From the NCBI GenBank assembly GCA_048013815.1, contig CM106586.1, positions 5,456,001 to 5,520,000 of the forward strand: a DNA stretch of 64,000 nucleotides. The letters are read 5' to 3'. The notes under the pieces were generated by a model, which searched no databases, was not told the DNA's origin, and saw only the letters and a program-made list of their open reading frames with translations. The position numbers were made by a program, and so were the translations under genes. Positions 38,484 to 46,846 of the stretch are shown here, piece by piece; the first letter of the stretch is position 1, and each line of letters begins with the position of its first letter. Source of the DNA: Setoptus koraiensis (Eukaryota; Animalia; Arthropoda).

Positions 38484-40171
38484 TCAGTGCTTCGCACGAC
38501 GAAGATTCTCGCATGTGTGTATAAATTTAACCACCTCATCAGCAAAAGAGCTTGGATCCTCGAGAGCGTAAAAGTGTCCACCATCGCTTGGCGCACTATT
38601 GTAAACCAAATCGCCCAAGAGCGGCCTCAAGAACGATATCGGTGTCTTCAGCATACCGTTTCCGGTGACTGTAACACCGGTCGGAACACCCCTGACTGGT
38701 ATCTTGTCGTGGAAATTAGCAAAAGTCTCCTTGTATAATCTCTGGCTATAATTGATGTTCTGATTGAACCAGTAAATGGAGACAATTGTTAAAAGATCGT
38801 CTAAAGAATATTTTTTGGTAATACTCCCGTCTGATTGTAATCTGTAGTCATCTTTTGTCCATGTAGAATACTTCTCCAAAATATAGGCTACTAAGCCCGC
38901 GGGACTATCGTTCAAACCTGTGGCGACAGTATCTGGTTTGGTTGACTGTATATGCATATAACCCGTCTCGCGTAGTATCCAGAAAAAGTCGGTCGGAATT
39001 CTGAAAAGCCAAGGCTTTTCCAGCTCTGGATTATCTAGCATTATAGAGGGTGCCAACTTAGCTAGAAGTAGCCTGACAAGGAATCGACCGTTGAAATCGT
39101 AGAATGGGGTAGTTGTGTGGTAACCTAACACTCTATCGGGGAACATGGATGTCATGAGCCTGTTCCAATTGGAAAGGTAATCAGATCAAACAGAGCGAAA
39201 GTCAGAAAAATGTGATTAAAGTCGACCTCATCGATCCTGAAGCTGACGTTATCATTTTAGTTACCTGGTTATCAGACTGCCCCAATCACTTCCATGTGCG
39301 TAATATTTATCAAACTTCAATCTTAGCATCAGCTTGTTGAATATCCTAGCGCATTCAGCTACATTGAAGCCCGCTTTATGGGGCTCCTCGGAAAATCCGA
39401 ACCCTGGAATGGATGGAATGATAAGCTCGTATGCAAGATCATCTGCGTTATAGTTGTTGAATTTCTGAATGCCATTGAGGTATTCGTAGAAATTAGAGGG
39501 CCATCCATTTACAAGTATCACGGGAACAATCTTTTGGTTCGGTTTGACTTTTGGTTTAACATGAACAAAGTGAATTATCAGACCTTCTATTTGTGTCTGA
39601 AAATGATCGAAACTTTTAATCTTTTTCTCCTGGCGGCGCCAATCAAACTTGTTGGCCCAGTGATTTATGACTGTTTTGAGATAGTCGGCACGAAACCCGT
39701 ACTCGAAATTCTTGACATCCTCAAGCGGCTCATTGAATCTGGTTTTGTTCAATCGATCGCGTAGATCTGATGGTAGATTTGATTGTTAGCAAGATAAAAG
39801 TTGATATTATTTTTGTGGTGAGAATGCATATCAGTGACAGTGACTCAATACTGACCTTGAATGTCATTATCTGAAACCTCTTTGAATTCATACGGCTTAA
39901 TGGCAGTGTCATCGGGTTTGGCAGCTGCTTAGTGGGGCGACATTTTCAATACAAACAAATGATTAGATAATAACAAAAGATAGGTGCCTGGAGAGTAAAT
40001 AAGATCATATGATCATTTATGCTTACCGCCGCGACCATAGTAGCCATCTTTGTAGAGCTTCTTTGGGACTTCTATGGTACCAAATGAATAGGTATTTATG
40101 TAATAGTATATAAAGACACCCAAAACCACGGGGACGAGAGATATTAGTAGAAGGCACGAGCAGCAAGACAT
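38484..40171 (-). CDS. Microsomal/juvenile-hormone-type epoxide hydrolase (4 exons)
   Basis: Exons 40171-40027 (N-terminal TM anchor), 39924-39856, 39766-39265 and 39159-38484 join in frame through GT-AG introns. Motifs: EHN domain FEYGF..DYL, IHFVH, NGWP, PSIPGFGFS, nucleophile GSDWG, ETGYMHIQSTKPDT, DSPAGLVAYILEKYSTWT and GGHFYALE. Confidence 0.9.
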
Positions 40172-40560
40172 GGTGGTCCAGGCTGGAATTAACTACTAGT
40201 CGTGGGAGACAAAAAATTTGTGATCTTTACTGGTGACAGATACGGTTGACAACTCGAACATGAATGATTGAAGAATGATCGTGATGTTGCTCGGTGCCCA
40301 AGTCAACAGTTTTGAGTTTGTAAGTACAGCCTTATGTACCAGAATTGTTCTTGGCTGAAGCTTGTGGATGGAAAAAAACGTTGTTTATCAATTGATATAA
40401 CAACAATTTCTCTCCGATACATTTCAGGTACATTCTAGGTACAAACTTATTTTAATACGTATTGTTGTATTTGATTAGAGGCAGAGAAAATGCCCTCGGA
40501 AATATACAATCAAGTTCTGCTGCGGCATTCATTTGGGCAAACGGTTGAGAGTGCATTTGA

Positions 40561-40597
40561 GAGCGACACGGCATGCCCATGGTGTGCCGTGTCGCTC
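40561..40597. repeat. Short GC-rich inverted repeat (hairpin)
   Basis: GAGCGACACGGCA (40561-40573) is the exact reverse complement of TGCCGTGTCGCTC (40585-40597). The 11-nt spacer TGCC-CAT-GGTG can add four more pairs, two of them G:U. Confidence 0.85.
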
Positions 40598-41718
40598 AAT
40601 ACCTCTGATAGTGCCCCTTCATGACCATGTGCAGTGTCAATTTATTTTGAGGTATAGGGCGAGTGACAAGTTTAGCTCCGTGGGCGTGGAGCGAAAATGC
40701 TTTATCTATTCTACGAGCATGCATTCTATTCTATTGTTGCGAGCACCATTAGATGAAGTTACCATTGTTTTATACTTCTATTTATCTACTCTATGCTCTA
40801 TATATATCCGACACCCTCTGACATCGATTACCCTGGATACCATACTAATGGGACACCCTACAAACACGAGACGTCTGTCCTGTTCCAAAAGTGCCGTGCG
40901 CGTTCACGAACAGTGTCCTTCTCTTTACAATTGTTAGTACAACCTCAATCTTGTTGTTCGCTGGTAAACACCAAAAACTGTTTTCTTCGGGTAATTCTTC
41001 TAATTAATTCACCCGTTAATTTAACAATTTGAACTTGATTGGGCCCCTCATCGAAGGGAATCAGTTACAGCAAAAGTGCCATGCGCAGATGGCTTACATT
41101 TATTTGAGCGGTTTGCCAACAAGCATGGCATTTCCGCGGACAACTTGTTGCTCGCATAGAGCGGTGCGCGTGCAGTGAGCGGGTTGGGAGAAGGTTGGGA
41201 GGGGGTAGGCTAAAAACAGGAAAATTCATATATATAGTTATACACCTGTGCAGTGAGATACCTCCTTGTATTCATTCACTAGCTGGCGTTCACTACATCG
41301 CGTCTACCTCACATTTTATCCACCTTTATAACATTCCATTTCCTCCCACTCACGCCCGCTCACATGGTGATGAGAATAAAGGCGTCCGCACACAAGTGCA
41401 ATGCAAACACTACACTGTGATCCTCCCACGCCCACATAAGTTGTCAATCTCCTATATTCAGTACTCTCGCTGTACCCTTTATGCTCGCTTCGTGTCGCCC
41501 TGTCCCGATATCACAATACAGTATCGCCGCGATACTGTGTCGGCTTATCGCGATTCGCGATATAAAGATAAATTACAGAGAGCGCTTCAAAGCAGCCGCT
41601 GAGCGGCGCCGCGAGCGCGCAAAATGTAACGCCAGTCGATGTAGTATTCACAAATAAACCGATTCACTAGCGAATCTCGCACATATTGATTCACTCCACT
41701 TGATATTCACTTCGTGTA

Positions 41719-41948
41719 TATAAAGGGTGGTCGCGGCTAGTTCGTTTTTTGAACTATTAAGGCTACGCTAGCGCTTCCACAGTGCATTTTTCGTGTGCTC
41801 ACTGTGCCAACATTGTGTCGCCTTATCTTCGGTTGTCCTCGGTGAGAATTGCACAGAAAGTCGAAATCAGCTGCACGAAAAATGCACTGTGGAGGCTAGC
41901 GTAGCCTTAATAGTTCAAAAAACGAACTAGCCGCGACCACCCTTTATA
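41719..41948. mobile_element. Fold-back element / candidate non-autonomous MITE with ~75-bp terminal inverted repeats and TA flanks
   Basis: Arm 41718-41795 is the reverse complement of arm 41874-41949 except for one 2-nt difference (GCTTCC versus CTCC), around a 78-nt spacer. The core 41721-41946 is flanked by TA on both sides (41719-20 and 41947-48). There is no ORF. The inverted repeat is certain; the MITE status is inferred. Confidence 0.6.
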
Positions 41949-43299
41949 TCTATATTCACGCACAAATCAGTTCTCTTGTGCTAACGATTTGACACAATAA
42001 TCACATAGCGAACATAGAATATCTTCATCGGCTCATGATTTATCATTTTAAGTTTGTTGGGCAGATCAATCAGGTTACAAACGTTACAACGTACAGAAAA
42101 ACGGCGTCCACTATGATTCTAATCGATACGTGTGGGCGCTACGTTATGTCATGTATTCCACAGAGGTGAGACACTGTGCTGGCTGCGGCAACCTGAAGGG
42201 TGTTCAATTGAGAGACGCCATGCTTGAACTGCCAAGACTGTGCCGCCATCCACAGTGCATTTTTGTTTTCGACTATTGTCAATTGCCGGCAGACTGTAGT
42301 CTACAGTGTAGAGGCCACGACGACGTGCGGATTAGCCTGAAATGATATCAAATGTGCCTGGTAGACGGGATATTTGCGGGACGGCCTGTGGTGAGTGGTG
42401 GCATAGTGGATTTCATAATTAGCGATATAGGACGACGGCGAGGAGTGTGAGCGAGTTACGAGTTACTTTGACTGTGTGAGACACCCATCAAAGTGGTAGA
42501 AGATAAGGGAGCACAATTGATTTGTTACACGAGAAGGCAAATCGGTGTGCGTCATATTTATTTTGGCTCTCTTCATTGGGCCTTCTCGCCTGGTAACTAA
42601 CGCAATACGGCGAGTATTTTCGCCTATCCACACCACTGGAAGTGACAGTCTTAATCTTGTTTGTTTTCGTCTGAAGCGCCAAACTGATTAGCAAAGTAGA
42701 TTAGTTGCTGCATTGGCTGTTGCAGCAGTACAGATGCAGCAGCAACAGCAGCAGCAACAGCATTAACAGTGGTTACCAAACTGCCTGGCCGACAGACTGA
42801 AAGTGGTGATTGCGAACTGCGCCACTGTCGCGTGTTGCAACTTGCAGCCACCACTACTGCTGACTAGCTAACAAATAATTATAAATTGTAAATTGTACAT
42901 ATCTGGCGCACAGTTGTGCACAAATGTCAGTTGCTGTTCGCTTGCGCGCCCTTGGCCCAAGCTGCCGAAACTGCCGAAATTGGCGAAATTGCCAAAACCA
43001 GAATGGCGCGCACTTGCACAATGTGTGGAATGTGCGCGATTGGCGCAGCGCTGCGAGGAGGGCAATATTGAACGTGCGTACAGATACATTGTGCAAAGCT
43101 AAGCAATTGACGAGGAGAAAGAACTAGACGACCAGTCTTTCCTGGTTGATCATTGAGGTCGATTGCGCTACAAGCGCCATCGACTAATGTGACGTAGCCA
43201 GACGATAATCTATTAAGCTATTATAATAACAAGTCCCGTCCTGATAGTAATAGTTTTGAGTAGTTGCTGTTGTTATGATATTCGGTTTGAATAAACACA

Positions 43300-43307
43300 T
43301 ATAAAAG
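43300..43307 (+). promoter_or_regulatory. TATA box upstream of PHYHD1
   Basis: TATAAAAG 200 bp before the ATG, with Inr-like CCAGTC (43322) and TCACTG (43333) downstream. Confidence 0.45.
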
Positions 43308-43499
43308 AGTGCCGAGGCTGCCCAGTCTGATATCACTGTCACACAATTATCAACAATTAATATTCAATAATCAACTACTGTAATAATTTCATTATTCACG
43401 TCCAAGACAACACGTACAGTCAGTAATATTGTTTTACATACATACATTCATACTCAATCGTCGTCACAAACAGGCAATAAGGCTCAACAATCAGTCACA

Positions 43500-44375
43500 A
43501 TGGTCAAAAACTTTGATGAAATCGCCGCAAAGGCCGCCCAAGATTTCGAGACAAATGGTTACGCTGTCATCGAGGACTTCATCACAGAGGATGAAATTTC
43601 CACAATGAAAAAAGAGGCAGACAAATTAGTTCAAGAGGCATGCTCAAATCCCGACCATTTGGTTACATTCAACTATGACACCGTATACAAGAACGATTAT
43701 TATAACAAATCACAAGATAAGGCCAGTTTCTTCTATGAGCCAAACGCCATCAAAGATGGAAAATTGGTTGTTCCTGCCGGCATTGCATTAAACAAAATTG
43801 GTCACGCTCTACACGCTGTCAACGACACCTTTAAGAAGTTTACTTGCAATGACGCAAGAGTACAAAAACTATTTGAGAAATTAAACTTTGAAGATCCAAC
43901 AGTTGTACAAGGTATGCTTATCTTCAAGAACCCTAAAGTAGGCAGTGAATTTATTCCACATCAAGACGCCCAGTATCTAACATCGGACCCAGTTAAATTG
44001 GCCGGCTTTTGGTACGCCCTGGACGATGCCTCAATAGAAAATGGTTGCCTCTGGTTTATACCTGGCTCACACAAGTGGCCATTAGCTAGACGCTTCGTTA
44101 GAACTGGCGACGAAAATGGCGGTGACCTATTCAAGTGGACTAAACCCATGCCAGATTATAATGATGATCAATTTGTGCCGGCTCCAGTGAAAAAGGGAAG
44201 CCTGGTCATTTTGCACGGTCTTGTTGTACACAAGAGCGCACCAAACACTTCGGACAAATCCCGCCAAGCCTACGCCTTCCATGCTTATGACAAAGCCAAT
44301 TCCGAATGGCAACAAGACTGTTGGTTGACCCAACAACCAACATTCTTGCCACTTGCCAAGCCAGTCAAGTCATGA
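43500..44375 (+). CDS. PHYHD1: Phytanoyl-CoA dioxygenase domain-containing protein 1 (Fe/2OG dioxygenase), 291 aa, intronless
   Basis: GYAVIEDF, ALNKIGHALH, QGMLIFKNPKVGSEFIPHQD (HxD), GFWYALDDASIENGCLWFIPGSH, and distal His/Arg in HKSAPNTSDKSRQAY. Confidence 0.92.
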   Translation: MVKNFDEIAAKAAQDFETNGYAVIEDFITEDEISTMKKEADKLVQEACSNPDHLVTFNYDTVYKNDYYNKSQDKASFFYEPNAIKDGKLVVPAGIALNKIGHALHAVNDTFKKFTCNDARVQKLFEKLNFEDPTVVQGMLIFKNPKVGSEFIPHQDAQYLTSDPVKLAGFWYALDDASIENGCLWFIPGSHKWPLARRFVRTGDENGGDLFKWTKPMPDYNDDQFVPAPVKKGSLVILHGLVVHKSAPNTSDKSRQAYAFHAYDKANSEWQQDCWLTQQPTFLPLAKPVKS

Positions 44376-45176
44376 GCAACAGCTAGCAACTAGTACAGTC
44401 AATAACCTCTCCAACTAGTGATGATATACACCTCAATCATCAGTTGTTGGTGGCATAAATATACAAGTTTTATGTGAGATTTTCTTATTATAGTTGTTGT
44501 TCTGAATAAATAAATTAGTCATATAGATATAATTAGATACAAGATAAAAACAATTAGAAACTCGAGATAAGAAAACTTGATCAAACCTTATAGATAAGGA
44601 CGTGTGTCGGTAAGAGTAAAAGTTCTGCAATTGGCTCCCGCTAATCTAATTAGCGGTTCAAATGATACCGTTGTTGTATAGTTGGCTGTGCTGGACGACG
44701 ATAAAGTCGGTTTCTCTCTGTCTTTTGATTACTTTTGACCCGCGCGCTTTCGTGGTCGATTGTATCATGGCGACCAAAACCCTGATACAATCTACAGTAA
44801 AACACGGTTATAGTAGGGTAGTATTGATTGTTGTCATATGTGCTGACCAGTTAGCGACACTTTCACTATACCACCATATATCGAACTGTCCTACTGGTCA
44901 AGGGACAAGCTTGAGCCCAGGCAAGGGTAATAATAATTACTATTGGCCTGGGCAAGGGTATTAATTAGCATGTTAGGCCTGATTAGAATCAGCTCGCAGC
45001 ACGAGCCCCTGTCGACTTTACAACAAGCGGTGTAGTACAACAACTTCATCATCATCATTGGCGGTTATCGTCAGTCATCATTGTGGGGTAGGTGCCACCA
45101 TGTTAGCGACGTAGTGACCACTGACCACAACCTCGATACGCTAATGATTAACTGGTATCAGCGGGAGCAACAGTCG

Positions 45177-45192
45177 GTCAGTCAGTCAGTCA
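45177..45192 (+). promoter_or_regulatory. Tandem (GTCA)4 giving overlapping TCAGTC initiator motifs; probable twist TSS
   Basis: Three overlapping arthropod Inr-consensus TCAGTC motifs about 100 bp upstream of the bHLH ATG. Confidence 0.35.
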
Positions 45193-45290
45193 CTATTTGA
45201 CAGTCGACAATATACACTCACAAACACAAATCTTGTTGAGTTTTAAAGTTACAAATTTTGCGAAAACCAACTGCTTTGTAAAGGACTCGT

Positions 45291-46028
45291 ATGGAACTCG
45301 AAATGCAGCAGGCAGGAGTAGGAGAACAATTCTGGCAATATAGTCCAACGGACTGTATTTCAGACTATTGGTACTCGCCCACGGGCCAGGAGGAACCCGA
45401 CACGTATTCACAACAGTATCAACAACCCAACAAAAGACGAAGAATTGGCGATTCTTATTCGCCCCCAACGACAATTCCCACCTCTCAACACCAACACCAA
45501 TATCAGCACCAACATCAGCATCAACATCAACACCAACATCAAATGATACAACAGCACCAACTGCAACCACAACCACAATATCAGAACATCTATTCATATG
45601 GACCACAACAATATCCTAGGCGGCCATCCGTGTCGCCTGGACAACAACAGCATTCTAGGCGACAATCTGCATCGCCGGATCAAAGAACATTGGCCAATGT
45701 CAGAGAGCGCGAACGCACTCAATTATTGAATCAAGCCTTCAAGAGGTTGCAGTCAAAGATACCAAAGGAACCCTCGGATAAGATGTGCAAGAGAAACACT
45801 CTCAAACTGGCTCAAAAGTATATTGAGTTCCTGAGAAAGTTGCTGAAAAATAATGATGACTACGACCGCCATCATTTGAGCCAAGCACCATCAGATAAAA
45901 CGAACAATTTAATGCTGGCCCCCTCTACTAGTGCTACTACAGGTGCCGGTCCCGACACTTTCAATTCCTATATTGGCGAGGCGTTTAAGGACTATCGCAA
46001 GAACCACGCACAAAAAGGGTCTAGCTAA
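45291..46028 (+). CDS. twist: Twist-family bHLH transcription factor, 245 aa, with a (QH)n tract
   Basis: QRTLANVRERERTQLLNQAFKRLQSKIPKEPSDKMCKRNTLKLAQKYIEFL aligns with Twist [51 protein letters not shown]. The PSDK loop lacks the extra Arg of paraxis/scleraxis. Confidence 0.7.
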   Translation: MELEMQQAGVGEQFWQYSPTDCISDYWYSPTGQEEPDTYSQQYQQPNKRRRIGDSYSPPTTIPTSQHQHQYQHQHQHQHQHQHQMIQQHQLQPQPQYQNIYSYGPQQYPRRPSVSPGQQQHSRRQSASPDQRTLANVRERERTQLLNQAFKRLQSKIPKEPSDKMCKRNTLKLAQKYIEFLRKLLKNNDDYDRHHLSQAPSDKTNNLMLAPSTSATTGAGPDTFNSYIGEAFKDYRKNHAQKGSS

Positions 46029-46846
46029 ATCAATATATAGCAGAAAACGATGTAATTGCGATGATTGTGTGAAAAATAAAATTGAATATTAACAAAAAAT
46101 AAACTATTAATATATTATTGATTAAAATATCAACTGATTAATTCATTGGCCGTTGTTGAAAGCAGAAAGGTCATCAATTCATTAGGTCATTAGCCATGAT
46201 GCTCTTTAAATAAGTTTTTTCCTTCTATCCTTGGTGTGAATCTGTGTTATATTTGTAAATAACAATTGATTTTTCAATTACAATGTCACCATCCTTTATC
46301 TAATCATATCTGCCATCTTGCCAAACTAATTACCGATACCACAAATGCCATCGATGACACAGTTGGTAATAACCAAACCACCTCGTTGATTTATAGCAGT
46401 GTTGCATGGCGTGCCTTTGCCTTACTCATCACCAAGAACACATTGATTGATTTATTCATACATATGAATACATTGCAGATAATCTACTCTCCCAATGTAT
46501 TGCTGCAATTGATATTAATTGTCATTGTGTAACTATAGCAATATCACTATCAGCACCATATAAAAAGTAGAACTGATAAAGGTACAATCGGATGAATGCT
46601 GGCACCACCATCTTTCCGACGTTGTCGATAGAGAATATGCTTATATCACAACAGTGTTGATGATTGGTCTGATAACACTAGCAATAATAATAGCGACTGC
46701 TATTTTTGTTATTGTGAGGAGAGCCGAATCCAGCATAACGTCCCAATAGACAAACTAACTCAATCAATCGCTGAAATCATATACACTGAATGCTCCTTGG
46801 ATATGTCCTTTTAATCGCCGTTTATCATTACTCTGGCTGACCAAAT

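Noticed and set aside
41703-41959. ATATTCAC on both sides of the fold-back element, considered as an 8-bp hAT-type target-site duplication
   Set aside because: The copies do not abut the inverted repeats (7 and 2 bp away) and ATTCAC recurs four times on the left flank. The TA flanks fit better.
42962-42997. Four degenerate 9-bp tandem units (CTGCCGAAA/TTGGCGAAA/TTGCCAAAA), considered as a CRISPR-like array or NFI site
   Set aside because: There are no spacers and the DNA is eukaryotic. The TTGGC-GCCAA spacing is 6 nt rather than the 5 nt NFI requires. It is a simple short tandem duplication.
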